Translations under genes and position numbers: made by a program
Shown: in pieces, positions 1 through 10,024 of the stretch
Position numbering within the stretch: the first letter of the stretch is position 1
Layout: the number at the start of each line of letters is the position of its first letter
The notes under the pieces: generated by a model
Seen by the model: the letters and a program-made list of their open reading frames with translations, nothing else
The model's database searches: none
What the model was told of the DNA's origin: nothing
Assembly: GCA_965217585.1 (NCBI GenBank)
Contig: OZ244561.1
Span: forward strand, 4,608,001 to 4,672,000
Reading direction: 5' to 3'
From: Candidatus Latescibacterota bacterium
GTDB lineage: Bacteria; Latescibacterota; UBA2968; UBA8231
DNA length: 64,000 nt

Positions 1-2272
1 GTCCGACGGCAAGTACAAAGTCATCGGCACCCGCCCTATCCGACACGACGGCGTCGATAAGGTCACCGGCGCGGCCGTGTATGGGGCCGATGTGCGCCTG
101 CCGGGTCTGCTCTACGGCAAGGTCCTCCGCAGCCCGCATCCCCACGCCGAGATTATCTCGATCGACACCTCCAAGGCCCTCGCGCTCGACGGAGTGCGCG
201 CCGTGGCCACGGCCGACGACTTGGTCGAGACCGTAGATAAGCTGTCGCACATTGGCGAGACGATGGTCAATGTGCGCGAGATCGCCAAAAACTCGCTGGC
301 CTCGGACAAGGTGCTCTATACGGGCCACGCGGTCGCGGCCGTATGCGCGGTCAGCCCCCACATTGCCGAAGAGGCCCTCGACCTAATCGAGGTCGAATAC
401 AAGGTCTTGGAGCCGGTCGTCGATGTCCGCGAGGCCATGCGCGACGACGCCCCGCTTCTCGACGAAGAGCGCACCACGCGCGCGCTCGGCGAGGACACCG
501 GCAAGAAGAGCAATATCGCCACCCACAATCAGCACGCCATGGGCGACCTCGAAGCGGGCCTTGCCGACGCCGATGTAGTCATAGAGCGCGAATTTCACAC
601 GGCCACCATTCACCAGGGCTACATTGAGCCGCACAACACGACCGTCTGGTGGAAAAACGACGGCAGCGTCACCGTGTGGGTGAGCACGCAAGGGCCTTTT
701 GAGATCCGCTCGCAGGTTTCGGAAGTCCTCAACGTGCCGGTCTCCAAGGTCAAGGTTATCCCCTGCGAGATCGGCGGCGGCTTCGGCGGCAAGTTCCCCA
801 CCTATATGGAGCCTGCTGCGGCCATTATGTCGCACAAAACCGGTCAGCCGGTCAAAATGATCATGAGCCGCACCGAGGTCTTTCAGGGGACTGGCCCGGC
901 TCCCGGCTCCTATATCAAGGTTAAGATGGGGGCCAAAAACGACGGCACCATCACCGCGGCCCACTGCTACATGGCCTACGAGGCCGGGGCCTATCCCGGC
1001 TCGGCCGTGGGGGCGGGAGCGCAGTGCATCCTCGCGCCGTACAACATCGCCAATGTCACCATCGACGCGTACGACGTGGTCGTCAACAAGCCCAAGTCCT
1101 CGGCCTACCGCGCCCCCGGAGCACCCAACGCGGCCTTTGCCTCGGAGAGCGTCATCGACGAGCTAGCCGAAAAGATCGGCATCGATCCGCTGGAGATGCG
1201 CTTGCAGAACGCGGCCAAAGAAGGGACGCGCCGCGCCGACGGCACGGTGTACAGGCAGATCGGCTGCGAGCAAACCGTGCAAGCTGCCAAGGACTCGGAG
1301 CACTACCAGAGCAAGCTCGAAGGCCCTTGGCGTGGCCGCGGCGTGGCCGGTGGCTTTTGGTTCAACGGCGGCGGCATGTCTTCGGCCGCCATTGCCGTCA
1401 ACGACAACGGCACGATCAACCTCACCGAAGGCTCGGTTGACATCGGCGGCAGCCGCGCCGCCATGGCGATGATTGTCGCCGAGACCCTGGGGCTGGGGGC
1501 CGAGGACATCAACCCCTCCATCCCGGACACCAGCTCGATTGGCTTCACCGGCGGCACCGGCGGCAGCCGCGTGTGCTATGCCACCGGCCACGCCTGCTAC
1601 AACGCGGCCGAGGACGTCAAGGCCGAGATGTGTGGGCGCGCCGCTCGGCAGCTAGAGGTCGTCGAGGACGATATTGAGTTTCAGGACGGTAGCTTTGTCT
1701 GCAAATCCGATCCCGCTCAGCGGCTCACCTTTGCGGAGGTCGCCGCCAACCAGGGCAGCACCGGTGGCCCAATCACCGGCCAGGGCACGATCAACGCCGG
1801 TGGCGCGGGCAGCGCCTTCGCCGTTCACGTCGTTGATGTAGAGGTAGATCCAGATACCGGCAAGGTCGAGATTTTGCGCTACACCGCGGTCCAAGACGTG
1901 GGCAAAGCCATTCATCCCTCGTATGTCGAGGGCCAGATCCAGGGTGGGGCCGTGCAGGGCATTGGCTGGGCGCTCACGGAGGGCTACTTCTACACGGACG
2001 ATGGCCAAATGGCCAATCCCACCTTCCTCGACTATCGGATGCCGACCACCTTTGACATTCCCTTGATCGAAACGATTTTGGTCGAAGTGCCCAATCCGGC
2101 CAGCCCGCACGGGATCCGCGGCGTCGGTGAAGTGCCCTTGGTGCCGCCGATGGCCGCCATTGCCAATGCCATCTACGATGCCATGGGTAGCCGCTTGGGC
2201 GAGTTGCCCATGAGTCCGGATCGGGTCGTCGCTGCCTTGCAGGAGAACCAACTCGTGGAGGCGGCCGGCTGA
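1..2272 (+). CDS. Xanthine dehydrogenase/CoxL-family molybdopterin-binding subunit (5' truncated by the window edge)
   Basis: Frame is open from base 2 (SDGKYKVIGTRPIRHDGVDKVTG). Motifs RSPHPHA, GGGFGGK, AYRAPG, GQIQGG and RGVGEVP are present. Confidence 0.92.
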   Translation, partial: SDGKYKVIGTRPIRHDGVDKVTGAAVYGADVRLPGLLYGKVLRSPHPHAEIISIDTSKALALDGVRAVATADDLVETVDKLSHIGETMVNVREIAKNSLASDKVLYTGHAVAAVCAVSPHIAEEALDLIEVEYKVLEPVVDVREAMRDDAPLLDEERTTRALGEDTGKKSNIATHNQHAMGDLEAGLADADVVIEREFHTATIHQGYIEPHNTTVWWKNDGSVTVWVSTQGPFEIRSQVSEVLNVPVSKVKVIPCEIGGGFGGKFPTYMEPAAAIMSHKTGQPVKMIMSRTEVFQGTGPAPGSYIKVKMGAKNDGTITAAHCYMAYEAGAYPGSAVGAGAQCILAPYNIANVTIDAYDVVVNKPKSSAYRAPGAPNAAFASESVIDELAEKIGIDPLEMRLQNAAKEGTRRADGTVYRQIGCEQTVQAAKDSEHYQSKLEGPWRGRGVAGGFWFNGGGMSSAAIAVNDNGTINLTEGSVDIGGSRAAMAMIVAETLGLGAEDINPSIPDTSSIGFTGGTGGSRVCYATGHACYNAAEDVKAEMCGRAARQLEVVEDDIEFQDGSFVCKSDPAQRLTFAEVAANQGSTGGPITGQGTINAGGAGSAFAVHVVDVEVDPDTGKVEILRYTAVQDVGKAIHPSYVEGQIQGGAVQGIGWALTEGYFYTDDGQMANPTFLDYRMPTTFDIPLIETILVEVPNPASPHGIRGVGEVPLVPPMAAIANAIYDAMGSRLGELPMSPDRVVAALQENQLVEAAG

Positions 2273-2303
2273 GGAACAGCGCTCTGAGCATTAGCGCCCG
2301 GTT

Positions 2304-2333
2304 TGTAGGGGCGAACGGCCGCTCGCCCCTACA
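2304..2333. repeat. GTAG-type REP-like palindrome
   Basis: TGTAGGGGCGAACGGCCGCTCGCCCCTACA is an intergenic near-perfect inverted repeat beginning with GTAG. Confidence 0.6.
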
Positions 2334-2350
2334 TGTCCGGGTTTTGTATT

Positions 2351-3199
2351 ATGGCCGAAAACATCGCCCCCGACGACTTTATCGACGCGCTGCTCCCGGT
2401 CGTCGGCCAGTGCGCCCGCGCCTCGCTGATTTTCTACGGCCAAGTCGCCGACATTGGCAAGGCCGCGGACACAAGCCTCACCGGCAGCAAGGCGCAGGAC
2501 GCCTCCACGGCTTTTACGGTCCTCGACGCAGCCGTGCAGGACATCCTCCTCGCGGCCGTGCTGCAGCACTTCCCGTTTGTGCGCTGCATTGCCGAAGAGC
2601 GCACGCCGCTCAAAAAACGCTTTGCCGGCAACACTTCGCCCTACGCGGTCATCCTCGACCCCATTGACGGCACTTTGCACTTCAAGCGGGGTGACGCTCC
2701 CTATCACATCTCCATAGGCTTGGCCTGCGACGGCCAGATGCTGGCCGCGATTGTCGCGCGGCCCTCAGAGGATAAAATTTTCACGGCCATCAAGGGCGAG
2801 GGTGCTTTCGTGCGCGTCGGCAACGGCCGTCCTCGTCGCTTGCAGCTACCCGGCGAACCACGCACGAATAAAGCCTTCATTTCCTCCAAGGCCCGCCCCT
2901 ATCAGGCCCTCGCCCGCCCCGCGCTGGACCCGCGCGAAAGTCCCATTGGTGCGGCATTGGTCCTCACGGAGATCGCCGAGGGTGCGCTGTGCGCGTATCT
3001 GACGCGCCAAGTCGAAATCTATGACGTCGGCCCGCCGTCGCTGATTGCCGAAGAAGCCGGAGCGCGCTGCTACATTGGGGAACGCCGCCGCCCGACTTAT
3101 ACTCAGCGCCGCAAATTCGGGCATTTCTTGGCGGCGGCCAACGACGAGATCGCCGAACACCTCTTTGCCATCCTGCGCCGCGCGCGCCGAGGCCAATGA
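2351..3199 (+). CDS. Inositol monophosphatase family protein
   Basis: Metal-binding motifs AEE...LDPIDGT and EIYD (W/YD), plus GEGAF. ATG 2351 is preferred over 2333, which overlaps the palindrome end. Confidence 0.85.
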   Translation: MAENIAPDDFIDALLPVVGQCARASLIFYGQVADIGKAADTSLTGSKAQDASTAFTVLDAAVQDILLAAVLQHFPFVRCIAEERTPLKKRFAGNTSPYAVILDPIDGTLHFKRGDAPYHISIGLACDGQMLAAIVARPSEDKIFTAIKGEGAFVRVGNGRPRRLQLPGEPRTNKAFISSKARPYQALARPALDPRESPIGAALVLTEIAEGALCAYLTRQVEIYDVGPPSLIAEEAGARCYIGERRRPTYTQRRKFGHFLAAANDEIAEHLFAILRRARRGQ

Positions 3200-4104
3200 C
3201 TATGAGTCACGAAATCAAAGACGTCCTGCCGGTTGTCCACATGCCGTACACCGACGACCAAGCCATTGATTACGCCGTATTGAAAGACGAGGTCGATTAT
3301 CTTTTTGAGACGGGGGCGCACGGGTTTTGCCTCGCCTTGGTATCCGACCTGTTGCGCCTGACGGCTGCCGAGCGGCTGGCGCTTCCGGCCCGGCTAGTGG
3401 AGTTTGCCCGCGGGCGCGGGCCGGTCATCATCGGCGTTGGAGCCGAGGGCACGGCCCAGGCCCGGCTCTACGCTCGCGCTGCTGAAGATGGCGGTGCGGC
3501 AGCCGTCATGGCCATTCCGCCGATTTCCCGCGCCTTGGGCGAGAGCGAGTTGCGCGCCTATTTTGCCGCCCTGCTCGCCGAGGTCTCCATTCCGGTCATG
3601 ATCCAAGACGCCAGCTCGTATGTCGGCAATCCCATGAGCATTGAATTTCAAGCGTCGCTCTTTTGCGACTACGGCGACCGCATCCTCTTCAAACCCGAGG
3701 CCACTCCTTTGGGGCCTTGCATCTCGGCCCTGCGCGACCACACCGAGGGCCGGGCCGGCATCTTTGAAGGCAGCGGCGGCTTGCTGCTGATTGACTCCTT
3801 CCGCCGCGGCATTCGCGGGACCATTCCCGGCGTCGAGCTGCTCGACGGCACGGTGGCCCTGTGGCGCGCGCTCGCAGCCGGCGATGAAGCGCGCGCTTAC
3901 CGGATCTACTTTCCCATCTGCGCCCTGTGTACGTTGCAGATCCAAGGGGGCTTGGACGGCTTCATCGTGGCCGAGCGCTACCTAATGCACAAGCGCGGCC
4001 TCTTTCCCAACCAAGTCCACCGCGGCCCCCTGAGCTACGCCCTCGACGCGGAAACGCGCGCCGAAATAGATCGTCTGTTCGACCTACTACAGGACGTGCT
4101 ATGA
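3196..4104 (+). CDS. Dihydrodipicolinate synthase (DapA)-family aldolase
   Basis: PVVHMPY, IIGVGA, AVMAIPP and a Schiff-base Lys in ILFKPE. Start overlaps the upstream stop (ATGA). Confidence 0.85.
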   Translation: MTMSHEIKDVLPVVHMPYTDDQAIDYAVLKDEVDYLFETGAHGFCLALVSDLLRLTAAERLALPARLVEFARGRGPVIIGVGAEGTAQARLYARAAEDGGAAAVMAIPPISRALGESELRAYFAALLAEVSIPVMIQDASSYVGNPMSIEFQASLFCDYGDRILFKPEATPLGPCISALRDHTEGRAGIFEGSGGLLLIDSFRRGIRGTIPGVELLDGTVALWRALAAGDEARAYRIYFPICALCTLQIQGGLDGFIVAERYLMHKRGLFPNQVHRGPLSYALDAETRAEIDRLFDLLQDVL

Positions 4105-5267
4105 TCGACTCAAAGCGCATGCAGGCAGTACAAAGCCCGGTGATCCCGCATGTGGCTGCCCTCATCCGCGACAATCCGGGCACCATTTCCCTCGGCCAAG
4201 GCGTGGTTCACTATCCGCCTCCTTCCCAGGCCATGCAGGCGCTTGCCCACTTCGGCGGCGCGATTGCCGAACACCACTATCAAGCCGCCCGCGGCCTGCC
4301 CGAACTCAGAGCAGGGCTGCACCAAAAACTCGCCCGCGAGAATCAAATCGAGGTGACCGACGACCAGCTCCTGATGGTCACGGCCGGCTCCAACATGGGC
4401 TTTTACCACGCCTTGCTTGCCGTTGCCGACCCGGGCGATGAGATCGTCGTGATGTCGCCTTTTTACTTCAACCACGAAATGGCCGTGGCCATGGCCAATT
4501 GTCGGGCCGTGCTCGTGGCTACGGACGTTGCCTACCAACTCGACCTCGACGCGATTGAGGCCGCGATCACGGCGCGCACCCGCGCCATTGTCACGATCTC
4601 GCCCAACAACCCGACGGGCGCGGTCTATCGGCCCGAGGACTTGGCGGCGGTCAATCGGCTCTGCCGCGAACGGGGTCTCTACCACTTCGCTGACGAGGCG
4701 TACGAGTACTTCACCTATGGCGCGGCGCGGCACTTTTCGCCCGGCTCACTGCCCGAAAGCGCCGAGCACACCATCTCGCTATTTTCCTTTTCCAAGGCAT
4801 ACGGTCTCGCCAGTTGGCGGGTCGGCTACCTCGTGGCCCCACGGCACCTGCTGGGCGCGCTGGAAAAGATCCAGGACACTGTGCTCATCTGTCCGCCGGT
4901 CGTTTCGCAACGCGCCGCGCTCGGTGCGCTTGCAGCCGGAGCCGCGTACTGTAGGAGCCATCTAGCGGGTATGGATGCGGTGCGTCGGCTTTGCCTAGAG
5001 CGACTCGGCGTACTCGGCGAGCGAGTGCAAGTACCTGCGGCAGAAGGAGCTTTTTATTTATTAGCGCGTCTGCAAACCGACCTCGACGCGATGGACGTGG
5101 TCGCTCGCTTGGTGCGGGACCACAAGGTCGCGGTCATTCCCGGCAATGCCTTCGGATTGAGCGCGGACTGCTATTTGCGCGTTGCCTACGGTGCCCTGCG
5201 CCAAGAGGATGTGGCCGAGGGCTTGGATCGACTCGTCGGCGGTTTGGAGCAGATCCTCTCCGCTTGA
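4101..5267 (+). CDS. PLP-dependent aminotransferase class I/II
   Basis: ISLGQG, SPNNPTG, DEAY and SFSKAYGLASWRVG (PLP lysine). ATG 4101 overlaps the upstream stop. Confidence 0.92.
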   Translation: MIDSKRMQAVQSPVIPHVAALIRDNPGTISLGQGVVHYPPPSQAMQALAHFGGAIAEHHYQAARGLPELRAGLHQKLARENQIEVTDDQLLMVTAGSNMGFYHALLAVADPGDEIVVMSPFYFNHEMAVAMANCRAVLVATDVAYQLDLDAIEAAITARTRAIVTISPNNPTGAVYRPEDLAAVNRLCRERGLYHFADEAYEYFTYGAARHFSPGSLPESAEHTISLFSFSKAYGLASWRVGYLVAPRHLLGALEKIQDTVLICPPVVSQRAALGALAAGAAYCRSHLAGMDAVRRLCLERLGVLGERVQVPAAEGAFYLLARLQTDLDAMDVVARLVRDHKVAVIPGNAFGLSADCYLRVAYGALRQEDVAEGLDRLVGGLEQILSA

Positions 5268-5293
5268 CATGGTGGGTTATTTAGACGTATGTT
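5264..5293 (+). promoter_or_regulatory. Possible sigma-70 promoter for the ASH-repeat gene
   Basis: TTGACA (5264-5269), 18-bp spacer, TATGTT (5288-5293). Confidence 0.35.
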
Positions 5294-8126
5294 TCGGCTA
5301 ACAAAGAGCGACCTGAATCGGCATAAAGAATACCTCAGGGGAAGTTTTCCACTCCTCTACGACGTGGAACTTCGACAAATATTGTATTCGGTATTCTGGC
5401 CGGTTGGTCGCTCTTCTTTTTTGTTTCTGCTCGCCCTCCTGCTCCTACCAACGGTCCTGCTCGCCCAACCCCTCGCTGTTACCCCGAGTGCGCTCGACTT
5501 GGGTGTAGTCGGCGTCGGTGTGGAGGCGCGAGCGTCCGTTTCCCTAGAAAATCTGCAAGACGACCCGCTCGAAGTAATCGTCGGCATTAGCGGTGCCGGT
5601 TTTGGCGCGGCAGCGGATACCTTGCGCTTGGACGGCAAGGGCGTCAGCCGCGTCGAAGTGCGCTTCAGCGCCGCCGCGGCCGGGAAGTATGTGGGCGAAC
5701 TGATCTTGCAGGTAGCCGCCTTGTTCAAAGACCAGCGCTTGGTCGTGCCGCTTCAAGCGGTGGCCGTCGTTCCGACCCTGGAGCTTTTGCCGGCCGAAGG
5801 GCTGGATTTTGGCGCAGTGCCCGTCGGGCAAGCGGCCACGGCAGCCGTTATCGTCAAAAACACTGGCACCGCGCCCGCGCCCGTGGTGGCCGGGCGGATG
5901 GACGTTGTGGATCCACAGGGCCCCTTTAGCGTTGAAGGCGATGTCGGCCCTTGGCCCGCCCCCGGCGGTGAAACGCGGATCGACGTTACTTTCGCGCCGA
6001 CGCGCGCGGGGCCGGTCGAGACTGAATTCGCGGTATCTTCGCCCGATTTTGGGGAATGGTCCATTCCTCTGCGAGGGAGCGGTTTGGTGCCGCAAGCGGC
6101 CTTTTCGCCCCTCCCGCAAGTGGGCCTCGACTTTGGCACCGCCGAGGTGGGCCAGCGCCTAACGCGCCGCGTGACCGTCCTCAATCAGGGCCAGGCCGAA
6201 CTGCACGTTGAAAACGCCGCCATTGAGGGCGCGGCCTTTGCCCTCGGGGCCGGGGACTCGTCGGCCACTATTGCTCCTCAGGGGCGGCTCGACCTGAGCG
6301 CGGCGTTTGTGCCGCAGAGCGAAGGCGACCAAAGCGGTATTCTGCGCCTGTACACCAGCGATCCGCAAGCCGCCGCGGTGGCCATTCCCCTCGCGGGTCA
6401 CGGCCAAATCAGCCCGCCGCGCATCGAGATTATCAATGGCGACATTGACTTTGGCAGCGTGCCCATCGGCGAGACTTCGCGCGAGCATTTGCTGTTGTGG
6501 AACAGGGGCGGCCAGCCGGGCGTGGTGGAGGTCGCCGTGGCCGCGGACGAGGGCGTTGAATTCGATCTCGAACAGCACTCGGTCCTCGTCCAGCCTAGGG
6601 GCAGCGCCCAAATAGTGCTGAGTTTCTCGCCCAAGGAAGCGGGCCCTCGCCAAGCTATCCTTCACATCGAGGTTGAAGCCGAGCGCCAGACCGTGCGCTT
6701 GCAGGGAGTAGGCCAGTTTTTCGCCCTCAACCCGGCGACCGTGGACTTTGGCCGAGTCGCCGTCGGCGAAAGCAGCAGCCGAGTCGTCGAAGTAGCCAAT
6801 GTGGGCAACGCCGACTTTGAGATTCACCAGCTTCGCTCGACGAGCGCCGAATTCACCGCCCACACTCCAATCGACGCCGACAACAAGTTCCTGCTGCCGG
6901 CCCACAGCCAGCGCACCTTGCCGCTGCACGTGGCTTTTAGCCCGTCGGCCCGCGGAGCGATTTCGGGGACCTTGCGCTTGGACGGCTTGGGCGCGAATGA
7001 GATGATGACGCTCGACATCCTGCTCAAGGGCAACGGCGTGGCCGCCGAAATCGAGCTGCATCCGGCGGGCGTCGTCGACTTTGGCTACCTGACCTTGGGA
7101 GAGCAGGCGGAAAAGACCTTCGTGGCCACCAACGTCGGCGATACCGTGCTGCAAGTAGAGGCGCATCCCCAAAGCAAGGAGGCCCACGTTGCGCCGGCGC
7201 AATTCGCGCTGGCCCCGGGCGAGTCCGCGCGCCTCGAGCTCTTTTTTGCGCCCGATGCCTTGGGCGAGCGCCGGGGGCGCGTTTTGTTGGTCAGCAACGA
7301 CGTCAAGGACCGCGCCCGGCCGCTCGAATACAAGGGGCACGGGGCGCTTGCAGACATCGACTTGGCGCAGATTGTCGAGGTCTTGGTCTCGCGCGGTGAG
7401 GAGACCCAGCCCTTGGCCGTCGGCTGGAACAACGCCCCCATTGTGGAAAAAGATGACACCAAAATTGATGTGGCCTTTGCGATTCCCGACTCGCTGCGGC
7501 GGGCGCTAATCGGTCGCGAGATGGTCGTCGAGTGGACTCGGCTCGACGAAAACTACGCCCCCAAAGGCAGTACCCAACAGAAGAAGGTCACGATCTACGA
7601 GTCGAGCGGCGGGCGCGTCCTAGCCGAGGATCTCAACTTGCTGCTGTCGGAAGAAGACAATCGCCGAGTGCGGCTCAAAATCACTACCCATAGCTACCCG
7701 GGTGCCCCGCCGCAGAGCGTGTCGCAGCTTTTGGAAGCTGGGGGCTGGAAGTGGGAATTTGAGGCCAAGCCGCTGGTTTCCTTTTTGACGATCCGCCCCG
7801 GGCGCGATTATACCGACGCCGACGGCAACGCGGTCCAAGGCCAAACCGAGCGCCTGATTGGCTTGCCCGGCTTGGCCTTTGCCGGCTGGCACAACGTGGA
7901 TAACCCATCGATTTCCGGCATCCATTTCACCGCCATCGGCAATGTCCTCGAAGCCCTTTCGACCGGAAACTCGCTGGCCATTTCTCTGGGCGTGGCCGTT
8001 TCTTTTTACAAGGATCAGTTCCTCTTCGGCTTCGGCTGGGACATTTACGACAGCCGACCCCAAGCCAAGAAGAAAGGCTCGCAGGACTACATTATGACCT
8101 TTAAGTACTCGGGGTTGTTCAAGTGA
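5289..8126 (+). CDS. Secreted protein with six ASH/choice-of-anchor-D Ig-like repeats and an unknown C-terminal domain
   Basis: Signal-like FLFLLALLLLPTVLLA and six PxxLDFGxVxVG...N.G repeats. The true start may be GTG 5364 or TTG 5382. Confidence 0.8.
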   Translation: MFRLTKSDLNRHKEYLRGSFPLLYDVELRQILYSVFWPVGRSSFLFLLALLLLPTVLLAQPLAVTPSALDLGVVGVGVEARASVSLENLQDDPLEVIVGISGAGFGAAADTLRLDGKGVSRVEVRFSAAAAGKYVGELILQVAALFKDQRLVVPLQAVAVVPTLELLPAEGLDFGAVPVGQAATAAVIVKNTGTAPAPVVAGRMDVVDPQGPFSVEGDVGPWPAPGGETRIDVTFAPTRAGPVETEFAVSSPDFGEWSIPLRGSGLVPQAAFSPLPQVGLDFGTAEVGQRLTRRVTVLNQGQAELHVENAAIEGAAFALGAGDSSATIAPQGRLDLSAAFVPQSEGDQSGILRLYTSDPQAAAVAIPLAGHGQISPPRIEIINGDIDFGSVPIGETSREHLLLWNRGGQPGVVEVAVAADEGVEFDLEQHSVLVQPRGSAQIVLSFSPKEAGPRQAILHIEVEAERQTVRLQGVGQFFALNPATVDFGRVAVGESSSRVVEVANVGNADFEIHQLRSTSAEFTAHTPIDADNKFLLPAHSQRTLPLHVAFSPSARGAISGTLRLDGLGANEMMTLDILLKGNGVAAEIELHPAGVVDFGYLTLGEQAEKTFVATNVGDTVLQVEAHPQSKEAHVAPAQFALAPGESARLELFFAPDALGERRGRVLLVSNDVKDRARPLEYKGHGALADIDLAQIVEVLVSRGEETQPLAVGWNNAPIVEKDDTKIDVAFAIPDSLRRALIGREMVVEWTRLDENYAPKGSTQQKKVTIYESSGGRVLAEDLNLLLSEEDNRRVRLKITTHSYPGAPPQSVSQLLEAGGWKWEFEAKPLVSFLTIRPGRDYTDADGNAVQGQTERLIGLPGLAFAGWHNVDNPSISGIHFTAIGNVLEALSTGNSLAISLGVAVSFYKDQFLFGFGWDIYDSRPQAKKKGSQDYIMTFKYSGLFK

Positions 8127-9072
8127 GCAGGCGGTGGTACACCATGGCCGCCGCACACAAGTCCTGCGCCCCCATCCCCGTCAGATAGACCGCGCTCGGT
8201 GCTGCCGCGCCAAGCCGCCCGCAGGCGGCGTCGCCGATGTCCAGTACCGTGCCCTCGGCGTTCCGCGCCAAGGCGATCTGCTCGGCTTGGCCCTGCTCGG
8301 CCGCAAAGCGGAACTCCCCGGACTTCTGGGCTTGGGCGAGCACATCGACGACCACCGTGCGCTCGCACAGGACCTCCGGCGCGAGCTGGCGCGTGCGACT
8401 ATCCCCGGCGATGACCGCGAGGTAGGAGACCTCGGCCAGTGCCGCCGCAGTCAAAATGGGCTGCGGCGTCGGCACCGCCGTCAGCACGGCGTCGGCACCG
8501 GCTATACACGCCTCTAGCGACGCTGCTACCCGCAGGTGCGCTCGCAGGTCCGGCCCGACTGCTTCGGCAAACGCCGCCCGGTTCGCCGCCCGGCGACTCG
8601 TGCAGGCAATCTCCGCCAAATCAAAGAGCGCGTCGCAGGATAGGGCCAAGCTCCGCGCAATCCGGCCGGTCCCCAGAATGGCGACTCGCTCGATGGCCGC
8701 GCCCGCTAGATAGTGGAGACCCAGCGCCCCGGCCGCACCGGTGCGCTGGTCGGTGATGTGCCCGGCCTCTAGCCGCCACGCCCGGTCCTGTTGCAAATCT
8801 TCAAACGAGATATACGCCTCCCGCTTGGCCAGCCGCCCGGTCGCCACGTCTGAAAATTCTTCGATGACCTTCCGCGCGCGAAACTTCCCCGGCCATTCGG
8901 CCGGCATGTCCAAGCGAAAGTGGTCAAGTGCTCCGCTCTTTTGGATGGACTCGGTGCGCGGCGGATTGTCGATGATTCCCGCGCCGTACCGCTCGAACGC
9001 TTGGTGACAGGCGGCGAGGAAATCAGCCGTAGAGAAGCGATGTGCAAAGGCTTCTTCGCGTAGGAGATCCAC
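8119..9072 (-). CDS. Ornithine cyclodeaminase/mu-crystallin family protein
   Basis: ITDQRTGAAGAL, Rossmann motif ILGTGRIA and the C-terminal TGMGAQDL. Confidence 0.8.
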   Translation of the reverse strand: MDLLREEAFAHRFSTADFLAACHQAFERYGAGIIDNPPRTESIQKSGALDHFRLDMPAEWPGKFRARKVIEEFSDVATGRLAKREAYISFEDLQQDRAWRLEAGHITDQRTGAAGALGLHYLAGAAIERVAILGTGRIARSLALSCDALFDLAEIACTSRRAANRAAFAEAVGPDLRAHLRVAASLEACIAGADAVLTAVPTPQPILTAAALAEVSYLAVIAGDSRTRQLAPEVLCERTVVVDVLAQAQKSGEFRFAAEQGQAEQIALARNAEGTVLDIGDAACGRLGAAAPSAVYLTGMGAQDLCAAAMVYHRLLT

Positions 9073-9136
9073 ATCTAATCCTTTGTTTGCTTGACGTAAC
9101 TTGCCGTTTTCTATTCATTAAAATAATGTTGGAGCG

Positions 9137-9604
9137 ATGGAACGAGAAAACCCCAACGTGCGGGAGCGAATTTTGTGGGGGCTGGCCGCAGTGGCCATAG
9201 CCTTTCTCCTCAAGGCGGCCTTCTGGCCACACTCTGCTGCTGGACCCGAGCCAACGCCCCAGCGGGAAGTCCCCAAGCCAGCAACCACTCCCCAACTTAG
9301 CCCCATTCGGGTCGAAATTCTCAACGGCGGAGGCGAAGCGCAGATCGCTGCCCGCCTCCGCAAAAAGGCACGCGCCCTCGGGCTAGACGTGATTCACGAA
9401 GGCAATGCCCCCAGCTTCAATTACCTACACACTCTCGTCGTCGATTTGGACGGCGATATCGAGCGAGCCCGGCAAGTGGCGGATGTCTTGGGAATACCCC
9501 ATTTTATCCAGCAGAAGAAGGAAGATCAGTTCAGCTTGGCGAGCGTCTCGATTATTATCGGGCGCGACTATCGCCGCATCGGCCTGCTCGACCCGGCCAA
9601 ATAA
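9137..9604 (+). CDS. LytR C-terminal domain membrane-anchored protein
   Basis: N-terminal TM helix, RVEILNGGG and SIIIGRDY. Lies upstream of rsfS. Confidence 0.8.
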   Translation: MERENPNVRERILWGLAAVAIAFLLKAAFWPHSAAGPEPTPQREVPKPATTPQLSPIRVEILNGGGEAQIAARLRKKARALGLDVIHEGNAPSFNYLHTLVVDLDGDIERARQVADVLGIPHFIQQKKEDQFSLASVSIIIGRDYRRIGLLDPAK

Positions 9605-9622
9605 CACCGAGAGAAAACGGCC

Positions 9623-10024
9623 ATGAGACCGTGCCAAGAGCCGCGCATCACCCGCGTCGTAGAAATTTTACAAGATAAAAAGGCCTTCGCAATAACCTTG
9701 CTGGACCTGCGCGATGTCACCGACACCTGCGACTATTTCCTGCTCTGTACGGGCACCTCTGAACAGCACATCCGCAGCCTCGCCGACGAAGTGCGGGACC
9801 AACTTGCCGAGATGGGGGAAAAGCCCTGGCACATTGAGGGCGCAGATACGCGGCGTTGGGTGCTGATAGATTACGTCGATTACGTCGTCCACATCTTTCG
9901 CGAGGAGGCGCGCGACTTCTACGCCCTAGAGAGGTTATGGGGCGACGCTGAACGCACGGACTTCGCAGATGGGGACGCGCCCGAGGAAGCGGCAGAAACG
10001 CCCCTTGAATTTTCGACCTTCTAA
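9623..10024 (+). CDS. rsfS: Ribosome silencing factor
   Basis: DKKA, WVLIDY..VVHIF and FYALERLWGDA. Confidence 0.95.
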   Translation: MRPCQEPRITRVVEILQDKKAFAITLLDLRDVTDTCDYFLLCTGTSEQHIRSLADEVRDQLAEMGEKPWHIEGADTRRWVLIDYVDYVVHIFREEARDFYALERLWGDAERTDFADGDAPEEAAETPLEFSTF

